A DNA stretch of 63,598 bases, filler included, from Kipferlia bialata (lineage: Eukaryota): the NCBI GenBank assembly GCA_003568945.1. It is 7 parts of 6 records of this genome, joined end to end, with 100 filler letters (N's around TTAATTAATTAA, not from the genome) between each part and the next. Parts side by side here need not be neighbours in the genome. Positions count along the whole stretch, not along the records: positions 22,024 to 27,723 come from BDIP01000799.1; positions 27,824 to 34,250 come from BDIP01000799.1; positions 34,351 to 48,925 come from BDIP01000800.1; 4 more parts are not named here. One strand, 5' to 3'. The position numbers were made by a program, and so were the translations under genes. The notes under the pieces are model-generated. The model searched no databases. It was not told the origin of the DNA and saw only the letters and a program-made list of their open reading frames with translations. Positions 25,301-37,668 of this stretch are shown here, in pieces; within the stretch, counting starts at the first letter, position 1, and each line of letters begins with the position of its first letter.

Positions 25301-26175
25301 TAGGTCTATCCTCAGTGCCATTCATTGTGGAGTCTGTGATCCTTGCATATGGATTGGCACTGCGGCTGACAGAGACACCCCTGGTGGTCAGATTAGGGTA
25401 CATATATAAATATATATCATATATCAATATCAGGAATTCAAATATATACACACTTATATTCATATCATATGTTATATATACATAGAGAGGGATGCTGACA
25501 GAGACACCCCTGGGGCCAGAGCAGGAAAGGTACAGAGGCATTAGTATATATACATATATGAGTATGAATATATATACTCGAGGGATGTTGACAGAGGCAC
25601 CCCTGGGGTCAGAGAGGCATATACATACTTGATATAGATAGAAAATGTAGATACAGTGGGAGAGACAATGAGGAAGCATATAGAATAACCTACCTGCATA
25701 GGCACAGTGACAATAACAGCATGACCACCCCACCCCCCACTGCCAGTATGGCCAGTGGCACACTGTCCATGATCTCAACAAGGGCAGAGAAGTATCTAGA
25801 GTTAGATGGACACATACATGAATACATAGAGAGAGAGAGAGAGAGAGTATGACCAATGGCACACTGTCCATGATCTCAACAAGGGCAGAGAAGTATCTTG
25901 AGGTGAGGGGTATGCATATTTAGAGAGTAAGAGATGGATACATCTTAACACTATGATCAGGGAGAGAGAGAGAGAGAGCTTCGCCAAGATCTCAACTAGG
26001 GCAGAGAAGTATCTGAGGTAAGTGTATACGTAAGTGGATTGATAGGAGAGAAAATAGTAACTGGTATGGTGTATTTTTGTATATGTATAAACATACACAC
26101 ACACATATATATATAGAGAGAGCAGCTAGTGACTTAGTGTTCATAATCTCAACCCGTGCAGAGAAGTATCTGAGG

Positions 26176-26210
<35 letters not shown>

Positions 26211-26684
26211 TGATAGAGTGGGTAGGGCAATGGTATTACCTGGATTGACAAACTAGAGAGATATATATGGAGAGGAGAGAGTAAGAGAGAGGCCTCTCAG
26301 ACTCTCAAGCATATAAGAGTAGGCGCCAAGCTGACTCATACGGAGATACTGGTGACGATCCAATTCATCGGTATCAGGAGAGGTAGATCCATCTCCACTA
26401 TCAACTACTCCATACCTGACCAGCAGTGCACATGTCAGTCCCAGGCACACAATGGATATGAGAACTGGTAGATATGCACACAGTGCACTGGTGCTGGTCT
26501 TTCTACTAGCCCCCCTAGCACCACTAGTACCACTAGTCCTGACAGGCCCCTCACCCTTGGCACCGATATCCTCAGTCACATCACACTCCTCATACTCAAC
26601 ACCCTCCTCATCCCTCACAGCAGTAACAGGCTGTGAGATAGCACCTGCAGGCACAGGCAGGACCTGCAGTGTGGCACTATCCAT
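22340..26684 (-). CDS. Membrane-anchored calcineurin-like metallophosphoesterase (purple acid phosphatase-like), 3' end off contig
   Basis: Exon 1 MDSATLQ...LPVLISIVCLGLTCALLV and exon 2 YFSALVEIMDSVPLAILAVGGGVVMLLLSLCLC give two TM helices. Later exons contain HLHSVTLT, AVLHTGDL and MPLIVTVGNHD (GD and GNHD metal motifs). There is an internal N gap at 23637-23718. Confidence 0.72.
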
Positions 26685-26861
26685 ATATGTATCCTTAGGT
26701 CCAAAGAGAGAGCCATACACTGGTCATACAGATGTCAGACGCCGAACGGTGTTTGACTCACTGCACCCTTACATTCTCAAGATCAATCAAAAACATCAAC
26801 TTGAGATCACTGCCTCTCACCCTTCTCTCTATCCCTCCGCAGGTTAGCCTAGGTTCTCAGG

Positions 26862-27559
26862 ATGAGCTCCAGCGCCAGGCGGCGTATTCTGCATGACTTC
26901 CGTAACTTCTCCCGGGACCCCCCTGACTATGTGATGGCTGCCCCACATGAAGAGGACCTCATGCACTGGGCGGGTGTCATCATAGGTGGGTAGTGTCAGT
27001 GTTATACACACAATATTACTTACCTTGATGTTATAGGCTAGGTTTGCGCGTGTGTAGTCTGGAGGATTGAGGTTGCGCTGAGTGCTGGTGGTGTGTGGTT
27101 TGGATTGTGGGCCAGTGTGTGGGTTTCCTTACTGTTTTGACATTGTGTGGATGGTGCTTGTATACTGTTTCCTTCTGACATTTGTTGTGTATGTATCGCC
27201 CAGTAGTTGTACGTAGTGATGATCGTTCCATATAGCTGTGTTTGTATTTGTTATATGTTCACCCTGGTGTATATGTATGTCTTTGACTGATTGGATGCTC
27301 TCGCTCTGCCTAACCCCAGGCCCCCCCGACACCCTGTGGGAGGGCGGCACCTTCCAGCTAGACATTGTGTTCGATGAGTCCTACCCTGCAAGGCCACCCA
27401 AGGTATACACATAACCATATATGAATATACTGCATATACCTCATACACGATCATTAATGGCTCTATCTGAGCTGTTTCCTTGTCTGTTTCCTCACCCCCT
27501 CACCCCCTCTCCTCCTCACCCCCAGGTCAAGTTCGTCACCGACCTGTTCCACCCCAACG
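26862..27559 (+). CDS. Ubiquitin-conjugating enzyme E2, Rad6/UBC2-like (3' end off contig)
   Basis: MSSSARRRILHDFRNFSRDPP...DLMHWAGVII|GPPDTLWEGGTFQLDIVFDESYPARPPK|VKFVTDLFHPN. Confidence 0.9.
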
Positions 27560-27565
27560 GTAAGG

Positions 27566-27608
<43 letters not shown>

Positions 27609-27676
27609 CCTCACTGTATGTGTCTCCACCCCAACGGCAACATTCATCTCTCTCTCTCTCTATTTTCCTTCCTCAC

Positions 27677-27711
<35 letters not shown>

Positions 27712-27723
27712 ACCCCCTCCCCA

Positions 27724-27823
27724 NNNNNNNNNNNNNNNNNNNNNNNNNNNNNNNNNNNNNNNNNNNNTTAATTAATTAANNNNNNNNNNNNNNNNNNNNN
27801 NNNNNNNNNNNNNNNNNNNNNNN
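27724..27823. other. Artificial contig linker
   Basis: N-TTAATTAATTAA-N. Confidence 0.97.
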
Positions 27824-27906
27824 CCCCATGGGGGTTCCCCCCCCCCCCCCCCCCCCCCCCCCTACTCTCTCACCTCTTACCCTTCTTGATTCTCCTCCAA
27901 CCCCAG

Positions 27907-28429
27907 GCACCAGCAGTCTCCCCCCACCCTCACCCCCACATCCCACTCCCTCAGCCGTGAGGACAGCGGGTACGTCAGTGTGACACGGGTGCATTTTTAT
28001 GTGTGTTTGAAGTCACTTCCATATGCCTCCCCTTCCCTTTCCCTCACTTCCTCTCCCTCACCCCCAGTGTCTTCGACCGCACCCTGCCCTACCCCTCCGG
28101 AGCCCAGACCCGCAACCCCTACCTCGACGCCTCCTCGGCCTGCCCCTCTCTCAAGTGCATCTACGTGACACTGCAGTACGCATTCAGAAGGGCCCAGGTG
28201 CACACCCAGTGTATATATACACATTCCAGTCCGTATATATGTATAGTGGCATATACTCTCTCACCCTAGGTTGAGCCCGAGTGCCTCATCGCAGCCATCC
28301 GGTACCTCGAGAACTTCCTGGAGGCCACTGGGATGAGGCTGGATGCTAAGGTACCAAGGATAACCCATATATATAGACTGTGGGTACTTAACCATTGACT
28401 ATATACAACCACACATTATATATATATAT

Positions 28430-28466
<37 letters not shown>

Positions 28467-29339
28467 AGGCAGTGTTTCGCCTTGCCCACCCCCAGACCTG
28501 GGAGCGCCTTCTGTTTGTGGCTGTGATGGTGGCATCCAAGACCCACGACGACATCTCCTGCAGCTCTAGGTCATTCTCAATGGTGGGTGGGTGTGGTATC
28601 TTGCTGCTGTTGGTCATGAATAGGTATGATATGGTATAGGTTCCTCCTCACCCCAGGTCAGCATGGGCATGTTCTCTCTCTCTCTCTCGCTCTCTCTCCC
28701 TCTCCCTCCCCCCAGGTCAGCATGGGCATGTTCACTCTCAAGGAGCTCAACTCTATGGAGAGGGTATTCCTGCAGGTGGGGGTATCGAAGTACATGCATC
28801 ACGGTTTGATATATACACATCTATATCGGTGTGTGTTTGTCTCACCCTCCAGGTCCTCGACTGGAGGCTCTACCTGTCAGCCCAGGACTACAGAAGGGGT
28901 AGGGTGTAGTACACTGCCATATATACACTCTAATATATACCTATGTATTTGTGTTTTCCAATTCAGTAATGCTGTGGTATGATATTGTGGATGGATTAAC
29001 CTGTGGATGATTACTGTCATATCTTTCATTGACCCCCTTCCTCTGTCCCCCCCCCCCTCACCCCCCAGACTACTACCGGGTCAAGGCCATCTCCTCTGCG
29101 CTGGTCCTAGACGCAGAGGGGGACGTCGTGCCACTCTCAGTCTCAAAGGTATGCATGCATGCATATATATATATAGTATGGTATGTATATACCCACAAAT
29201 ATTCATATACATAGTGTGACCCCAGGTCTCCCAGCTGAACATCGACCCTGTCTTTGCCCCCGAGAGACTGTTCTGTTCCGATATGCACCACTCCAGTGCC
29301 TCGGGGATAGGCTCCATCGCATCCATCAACGAGATGTAG
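27907..29339 (+). CDS. Cyclin Y/Pho80-like cyclin (5' end off contig)
   Basis: IYVTLQYAFRRAQ|VEPECLIAAIRYLENF...|TWERLLFVAVMVASKTHDD...|FTLKELNSMERVFLQ|VLDWRLYLS, which is a cyclin box. Confidence 0.85.
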
Positions 29340-29787
29340 ATGCAGAGAGATGCACACACACTCCCTCCGTCTCTTCTTATCCCCTCTTTCCTTTGTCACC
29401 ACTGGCGTCATATATGCCTCAGGCACACTGTGCCTCTCTCTCCTAAGACACAACTCTTAATAGATATCCCCCCTTCTACGGCGGTTGTTCCTAGTTATTT
29501 GGTGTGTTGTATTGTTTTGTTACCCAGCTATATCAGAGCCCTGCTCTCTGAGGCAAGAGTCTATTCACTCTTGACTCTTGCCTGTATCACACTTATGCGC
29601 CTGTTACTGATATGCGTACCATTCACACCTAGAGTATGATAATAATAAGTGCTCTGGAGAGCAGATACCATCAGCGCGTATTCCAGACCATCTATCGGAC
29701 TTTCCGATTCTTGTCCAGTTTCTGGATCCGAAAATAGAATCGAATCGAATCTATTTGGGAGCATCTCTTTCCATACAGTACAGGGAG

Positions 29788-30130
29788 ATGGGCAGGGATG
29801 GAGGGAGCGTGCCGGCAGATGAGACACCAAAGGCCACGGCAAAACCCATCGGGTGGTCCAGCGACTGGGTGTGTGGGAAGGAAGCCCCCAAGAGGTATGC
29901 AATGCCACTCAATGCAATGATATCTACTTCTCACTTACCCCCACTCCAGGTTTCCCAACATATGCTTCCTGAGAGACCACATGCCTGAGTACCTAGCCCT
30001 GTCGCAGGGAGAGAGAGATGCGGTGTATGAGGCTGCCCTAGTGGAGAAGCAGGACCACCTGAACATGGTCAGGGATATCATAGAGTGGGCCAAGGAGTAT
30101 GACAGGGTGCACGGGAGGAGGCGGCAGTAG
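29788..30130 (+). CDS. Small two-exon hypothetical protein (~95 aa)
   Basis: MGRDGGSVPADETPKATAKPIGWSSDWVCGKEAPKR|FPNICFLRDHMPEYLALSQGERDAVYEAALVEKQDHLNMVRDIIEWAKEYDRVHGRRRQ*, with one canonical GT...CCACTCCAG intron. Confidence 0.7.
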
Positions 30131-31180
30131 GTGGGTGGGTGTGCGTGACTGACGTATAATACATTGTATACATTGTATTAGGTCTCCTCTTGGAGTATGC
30201 AGTCGGATGGAACAAATATGTACCCATCTATGTGTGTCTATTTGGCCCCCCTCCACTCCGTCTCCCCCCCCCCCCACAACTGATACCTCAAGCAGCTTCT
30301 CTTCTGGTGATAAGAGGGAGTATCTACCTCTCTCAGCTCCCATCCTCCCCCCCCTCTGTGTGTTTGAGTGTCCCTCTAATCCTGACGCATATATTACACA
30401 GTATAGTATTCAATACTCACTAATTGAATACATTTCATGTCCTTTACATTTAGAATACTCTTTCCTGGCCTTGTTACAAGGCCTCCGTGTATTAATTAGA
30501 CCGACATAAATCAATACTTGTTTATCTTCCAGTATCTTCCTACCCCTACACTATACAATGAGATGTAGTCCTTATAGTGATGTGCTTTTGGTAACTGGTC
30601 TAGATTCTAGACTCTAGAATATCTTTAACGAGTCAAGTTGACTCAGTCAACTATGAGTATTGTATATTAACGCTCCTTGTTATAGATAGTGAGTCTTCTG
30701 TCACAGTGTGTGAATGACATCTCACCTTTCAGTTGCTACAACGAAGGGCCCTCGGAAGGATCTACATTTCTCTCTTGTGTTTCGGGAGGACTTATGACCC
30801 ATGTAGTATATATGAGGCTTGAAAGTTCCACCGTGCAACTGTTGCATACCGAGTTGCTATCGTAACTTTGTCATCCTGGTATTGTTTCCATCCTTGATTC
30901 GGACATGTCTAACTCTCTTGAAAGAGGCTCCTTTCAAGCCCACACCTCTCAATAGATCCGTGTCGTGTTCCTTTGTGAGATGGTTCCATGCGTTCATTGA
31001 CACCCAATCTGTGTGACACTCAACCAGCAACTGATACACTGTACACTCCCAAGATGGATACAGGAGACCCTCAAATGGTGTTTGACACACACACTGGAAC
31101 AGTAGGCAACTGTAACAGTAGCCATCAACCCTCACAGTATATCTTCTCCCCCCAACTCTCCCTCTTCCCATAACACGCCT

Positions 31181-32156
31181 ATGGGCACCCCAGGTCTGTT
31201 TGGCTTTAGGGTCAATGGCCAGGACAAGATCACACATGCATACGGGGATGGGTACCCAAGTGGTCTAGGGGTACAAATGATGGACTTCATCCAGGCCTGT
31301 GGCAGTGTGGACGTCATGAGGACACTGGCAGAGAGCATCACCCTCACAGACGGTCAAGGTATGGAGGGGTGGTTCATACTATGAAGTTCATAGTGTGTCT
31401 GACTGTGTCCCGATATACCGCGATATCACTCGTGTATAAGTACGCATCCCGACCCCCCAGACCCTGATCTGTTCTCTGCCCCCTGTGGTGATCTGCAGTG
31501 GCTGTGTAACAAGGGCAAGATGGTAGACAACAGCAGGTATATACCGTCTCAGCCACACATATATGTAACATATAACATATAACATATAACATATATCAGA
31601 TGATATGTTGTCATGCGCTTCCCACCATCCCTGCCGCTTCTATTCTCCCTACTGCCCTTACCCACCTAGCTACATGACAAACAACATCATCCACTCTGCA
31701 TACATCATTGACCTGGATGAGTGCATGTTCACAGTGTACTCCCAGGTCGGAAACAGAACGGCCCATATGTACCTAGGTATAGATTTAGAGGTAGAGGTAA
31801 CAGTGTTAGTAATACGAGTCACTTGCCTTATGCTGCTATGCCATCTAAACCCAGGCCGCTATGCGAGGCTTGTGCCCAGAGGGGATGGATCAGGCAAGGG
31901 AGATGTATATTCAGATGGTTGCGCAGAGTTCACTTCAAGAGAGTACTTCTAGACCCAGTGACACATTCTCATGGATACCGGTTCCCACTCACACCCAGGC
32001 ACATACAGGGTGAGGGGCCTCCCCGTGACATACATGCAACCACTCACACGCATACTGTCAATGACACCCGAGGAGGCCCATGAAGTTATGGAGGTATACA
32101 AATTCATTGTGGACACAATTCGTGGTAATGACTCAATGAGTCATACCACTATATGA
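31181..32156 (+). CDS. Hypothetical protein resembling a phage/bacterial 'MGTRG...DSYPxGLG...AYIIDLD' family (about 5 exons)
   Basis: MGTPGLFGFRVNGQDKITHAYGDGYPSGLGVQMMDFI...|DPDLFSAPCGDLQWLCNKGKMVDNS|SYMTNNIIHSAYIIDLDECMFTVYSQ|..GRYARLVP..|GTYRVRGLPVTYMQPLTRI...*. Confidence 0.7.
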
Positions 32157-32879
32157 GTCACTAATACTATGAGTACAATATTGTATAGCACTCACCAATC
32201 CAATGGTCAAGGACCCTCACCCCTCAGCGCCTTGGCACCATCACCAATCAGATTGAGGTGCTGACTCTCTCCCACTACGACCTCACCTGTGGAGAGGGGA
32301 GTGGTATGACCCAAATGTTCAACGACTCAATGGCAGGGGATGGCTAGGATATTAGAATCCTAAGCATTTGGTGAATCGGGGTAGATTCACGTTGATGTGG
32401 TATTCCCTGAATATGCACAAATACCTGCTAAACTAGACTTGCTAAAGTGGCTTCGCTTTGTTGACTGTCGATATTAAGAGCAATTCTGAATTATTGCGAT
32501 TGTTCACTTTCTGTATCTCTTTGTGTACAACGTCTGCAGTATCACTGCGAGTGGTCTGTGGTTTGGGTATGCCCTGTTGTCCCAAGATTGTGGCTGTGTC
32601 CAGTTGTACTCGGCATAGTGTATGACGACTACTCAGCACTGGAGGGCATGGGAGAGGCAGAGGGAGTGGCAGCAGAGAGGATATGGAGGTAGGACACACA
32701 CACACACCCATACATGCATATATGGTCTTGTATTATACAATCATAGTGGGCAATGTCTAATACTACTTAGCCCATCCAACTAGTAATGGTTAGAACGATA
32801 TCTATTCATCACAGAGTATATCTCACATCCCAGCAGCACTATTACATGGTGTATGCACTGTTACATGGTGTATGCACTA

Positions 32880-34250
32880 TTACATGGTGTATGCGGTGGT
32901 GCAGGACTCAATTCCGATGGTGTCGGATCCACGGTGCACGTACATGTACCCGCCCTGGCCCTCGATGCCGCCGTCGTTACCCCAGTGCCTGCCCCAGGAG
33001 TTGCTGGGGTCAGGGGGGTGGGGTATGTGTACATATATTATGGATATACTGAAGAAGAGACACAAATAGAGAGACAAAGAGCACGCACCGCACAATCCAG
33101 TAGGGGACTCCGTTGTCCTCACCCCATCCGACGCATGTGATGACGTGGTCTGTGGTGACAAAGCCATCGTCGTCAACGACAGGGGCCTGGCGGTGAGACA
33201 GAGAGCCATATGTAGAGAGTGTACTATATACAATAATCCATTAGAGAAGACATGGGCCTAGGGGACATTATGTGGAGATGAGTAGCATGGAAGAGATACA
33301 GTACTCCATCCACCCATCCTTACCTCGATGAAGATGCCGCCCTTGCCCTCCTGTCCCCCGTATGTGACAAAGTCATCAGACACAGACACAGCAACAGCGA
33401 CGGGTCCGTTGGTGTAGATCTCCTCCATCATGGACTGCTCGTCGGTGGCACCGTAGTAGCCTCCCACGTAGTAGTAGTCCTAAGGGGTCAGAGGACCAAA
33501 GAGGGGGGGGTTGTATATACATATATACATACATATATATAGCTATGTATGTAGCATAGCATACCTGTGCGTAGTATGTGTGCTCGGGGTCGATGTGCTT
33601 GTTGGAGCAGGGGACTCCGCTGAAGGGGGGCTGGTAGGCAAAGTTGTTGAGAGACACAATGCCATAGTCGTGGGCATACTTCTAGGGGGTGAGGATGGGT
33701 TGGGGGGGGGGGGCAATACCAGATGGACCAATACCACACACACACACACATACATACACTCACCCCAACGTTGTAGGCAAAGCCTCCGTCGCAGCCCTCA
33801 CTGTATGGGGAGCAGGACACCACATCCTGGGTGGCAAGGTAGATCTGGGGGTGAGGCAGGGTACTACATGTACAAGAGAGTATTGTAAAACAAAGCATGT
33901 GGTAAATACCAACACCATATACCTTGTCCTTGTTGGCAGACTTGACCCTGAGCCTGGCCTCCATGGAGGCAACACCGCCGAAGGAGTAGCAGGAACCTGG
34001 GGGTGGGTGGATGTCACATACACACACACACACATATATATAACATCTCTATCCCCGTACCGCAGTTGAGCTGGTCTCTGATGTCTCCCACGTAGTCCTG
34101 TCCATCGACATCCCTCCAGTCCCAGTGGGTGGGGTAGTCAGCACGGAACGAGGTGTCCTTGGAGGTGTCGAAGGGGTTGTAGTGGGGGTCGAACCTGGGT
34201 TGGGGGGGGGGGGGAGAGATGAGAGAGAGAGACTTGGGCATACCTGGCTG
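32880..34250 (-). CDS. Cathepsin C (dipeptidyl peptidase I)-like papain-family cysteine protease (5' end off contig)
   Basis: PTHWDWRDVDG...RDQLNC|GSCYSF (catalytic Cys), QDVVSCSPYSEGCDGGF, YYYVGGYYGA, TDHVITCVGWG (His) and RNSWG (Asn). Confidence 0.93.
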
Positions 34251-34350
34251 NNNNNNNNNNNNNNNNNNNNNNNNNNNNNNNNNNNNNNNNNNNNTTAATT
34301 AATTAANNNNNNNNNNNNNNNNNNNNNNNNNNNNNNNNNNNNNNNNNNNN
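34251..34350. other. Artificial contig linker
   Basis: N-TTAATTAATTAA-N. Confidence 0.97.
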
Positions 34351-36166
34351 ATCCTCCGACGGAAAAGTAATTATTATTTATATATGTAAGGATAAGGATA
34401 AGGATAAGGACTCTTCATATTGAGATTGGGGCAATATCCAGCTGAATCTATATGTAGAATCCGTCACTACAGTTACTCTCTGCCACCTTCCCCTCCCGCT
34501 CTTCCGTTTCCCCTCAGATTGGAGCTCTAAACTGCCTATTTACGGCCATCTCTGTCTCAATGCACACAAGACTCCTCACGCACACTAAATATATGTCATT
34601 AATGCATGTTCCCCTGTCTCTCACCGTAGGTATGAGGAGAGTGGTCTCGACGCATCATTCTGGAGTGACGGATACCCCACTGCAGGTATATATGTGTATA
34701 TGAGTATTTATTACGTATTAAGTGTGGTAACTAGAAGTTCTAGTCTAGAACACATGGCTTCGATGGCGACCTACTGGGTGGCATATATATGATAGATATG
34801 TACGATGGGTATTCAGGTGTACGACAATATTACTGTGTTGTCAGCTTCAAGTGCTCCTCTGCGTATTATATATTAATTGGTAAATCGGACGCCACAAATA
34901 GATACTATACTATATATAATATTTCAACTCATTACAGGTATCCTTCTGCTAGCCATGGATGTATCTATGGACACATATAGATACGTATATACTTATATTG
35001 ATGAATAGAGCAGCTAAACACCTCACTATTACTGTTGGCCTACAACTAGCCATGGATATATGTAGATATATATATATATCTATATATATACCTAACTGCA
35101 GGAGCCCTTCTGCTAGCCATGGATGAACAGTCGGGGAGGCACTGGGTGATGTCAGGTATTGGTGTATGCACATATGGGTACTATACTGTATATATACGTA
35201 CAATATACCAACCAGTATCGTCGTTTACTCCCCCCCGCCCCCGCATCCGCACACTCTCCATCACCATGTTCATCCTCTTACGACTGTCACTCTCTCTCCC
35301 TAACTCTCTAGACGACCGCAAGACCGTCCACTGTGAAACTGTCTGGGGCATTGAGTGTCAATGCTCTATCCATGTGTCAGCAAAGGGAAAGGGTGAGTCT
35401 CTCTTTCTCTATTCACAGCGAACTACGTATCTCTCGCTCTGTCCCCACTTAGACGTATATGTGGGTAGATTTGTGTCATAGTGGTGCTATAACAGGTCAG
35501 AGCCTTGGACGAGGGTGTCGCTCAATTCCTCTCTCTCCAATAATAACATACCTCTCTCCCTCTTATGTAGGCTGGCACCTGATACGGTTCAAACGCCCCG
35601 GTGTTAAGGGACCTAGCAACTGCCACGCTGAAAACTGTGTGACTCAGGTCAGTGTAATTAGCATAGCAGTTTCATCGGTATATGGAGTGATGACGGAAGT
35701 ATTCGTTGTTGACCCCCCCTCTCGTGCCATATCTCTCATGTAGCACGTTGTACCGAGTGGGAGTATAATGATCATGATCTAGTGTGTATCACCTGCGCAC
35801 TTGGAGAACATACATAAGTATATATATATATGATAAATATATGTACATATCATAGAATAGTGCTTATCTCAGTGTGGCATTGACCTCCATTCCCAGCGAC
35901 TCTCTCTGTTCTACCCGATGCAGGAGAGAGAGGCCCTAAAGCAATATGACAGTCAGACTCCGCTTGCAGCACTTTCAAGCACAGAGGTTGGTATTTCTCT
36001 CCATGTATTAAATGTCATTATGCATCTGTGTTACATAGACTATGTTACATAGGCCATGTATATAATATCAATACGTACATTGTGCCTGACGAAAATCATT
36101 ACTGCGACAGTATCGTGACACTCCATCTGAGTTCTTTACCATAGTTATCTCTCTATCTCACTCCAG

Positions 36167-37270
36167 GTACTGGTAGTCGCTGATGCACGAGGGTTTTCCA
36201 AGCAGTTTCTCACTATTTCTGTCCCATCCGACTTTGATGGCTCCGTCCCTTGCTTCTCCCAGAATGAAACCAAGAATGTACACTTCTCAACCTTTTCTAT
36301 AAAGGTAGTGAGAGGTCCAACGGGTCGCCCCCTGTCGTGTGTTGTGGGTACCACTCTGTATTTAGTATGTCGTGGGATACAGGGGATGGGTTCAGACAAG
36401 TGGTCCTTCCTAAGGCTTGAGATGGACACCTACGAGACTAGTGTAGTGCCCTGGAGACAGAGTGCCGGACATCCTATGCCAGAGGGTGATGTCTCTTGCG
36501 TGTCGCTTGATGACCGCATTCTGTGTATGTGGAGAGTCAGCGAGGGTGACGCCAATAGTCTTGTCCTTTTGGTGTACACTCCTGCTACTGGTGCATGGGC
36601 CTGGCCCCCAGTGCCAACGCAGCTCTCTAAGCGCCTCTCTAAGTGTCCTCCTCGCAAGAATATGAGGGTGTACCCGTTGATGGCAGTGGTTAGAGGTGCT
36701 GTGCACGTAATCCCTGGAAATATGAAGTACCCCATTCCACACTGGACTATAGCTCCAAAGAGTGGGGATGGGGACAAGTTGGTATGGCACCACTTGGGTT
36801 GGCTGCCCGTGGCCGTCTCAGGTGAGGAGGGTGTATCTCCCCTCACAACAATTGGGGGCAAGCTGCTTACTAAGTGTATGCCTAAGCGTGAACTGCGTGG
36901 TGTGTATGGGTGTAGCCACTGCCATGCATACACACCCGAGACTGGTGAGTGGGTTCCATGGAAGTATTCGGACCCATTCACGTTTCCTGGCGTGTCCGTA
37001 TCTCCGACTGTGTCCGTCCAAGTGACCGCCAGATTGTGTGAAGACCGTTCATTATTTGGGTCCCTATCTATGAAGGAAGAACTCACAATGTGCCGAGTGG
37101 CCCCAGAGTCCCTGTACCCTCATGAGAGTCTGCGGTGGGCAGAGCCGTTCATCTTGAGAGGTATGGAGCACCAGGGGTACGGAGACACGGACACGCTGAT
37201 ACTTATGACTTCCGTTCTGTACCAGGATTTGAAGATGTTAAGGAAGTTAAAGAGGAAAGAGAAGATATAG
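36167..37270 (+). CDS. Divergent Kelch/beta-propeller-like protein, last exon (upstream exons probably from ~34560)
   Basis: An open exon of about 1.1 kb after CTCACTCCAG. Blade-like units: CVVGTTLYLV, VSLDDRILCM, VYTPATGAW, AVVRGAVHVI and AYTPETGEW. Confidence 0.6.
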   Translation, partial: VLVVADARGFSKQFLTISVPSDFDGSVPCFSQNETKNVHFSTFSIKVVRGPTGRPLSCVVGTTLYLVCRGIQGMGSDKWSFLRLEMDTYETSVVPWRQSAGHPMPEGDVSCVSLDDRILCMWRVSEGDANSLVLLVYTPATGAWAWPPVPTQLSKRLSKCPPRKNMRVYPLMAVVRGAVHVIPGNMKYPIPHWTIAPKSGDGDKLVWHHLGWLPVAVSGEEGVSPLTTIGGKLLTKCMPKRELRGVYGCSHCHAYTPETGEWVPWKYSDPFTFPGVSVSPTVSVQVTARLCEDRSLFGSLSMKEELTMCRVAPESLYPHESLRWAEPFILRGMEHQGYGDTDTLILMTSVLYQDLKMLRKLKRKEKI

Positions 37271-37668
37271 AACTGAATAGAACTGGTACATTCCATTCTC
37301 TGGTCATTCACACCTATCTCTCATTGTCACTACCCTCTGCATGAGGGGATGAGGGGGTCGCCTTGTACATGTATAGTATTCATTGAATTCCTAAAGAGTG
37401 GTTTTAGGTTTCGTTGCACATAAGGTGATCAAGTGGTCATTTGTACGAGACTGAGGTTATGAACCCTTGCTGTTATAGAGACTCGTGTGATTTTGAGCAA
37501 GCCTGACCATTTCGTGTGCTTTGTGGTCTTCAAGAGACTCTGTTGACAGCAGTATCTATTCACTCATATTCTCGTCCTGTGCTGAACAGTATGGGCATTG
37601 GCAACTTCAACACACTTCTACCATACTGCCAGGCTATGAGAGGTAACTCTCCTTGACCCGTGACTCCC

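Noticed and set aside
26253..26720. Stand-alone 155-aa membrane protein ORF
   Set aside because: A GT donor near 26415 joins in phase to the next exon (R-YFSALVEI). It is better explained as exon 1 of the metallophosphoesterase reading through into the intron.
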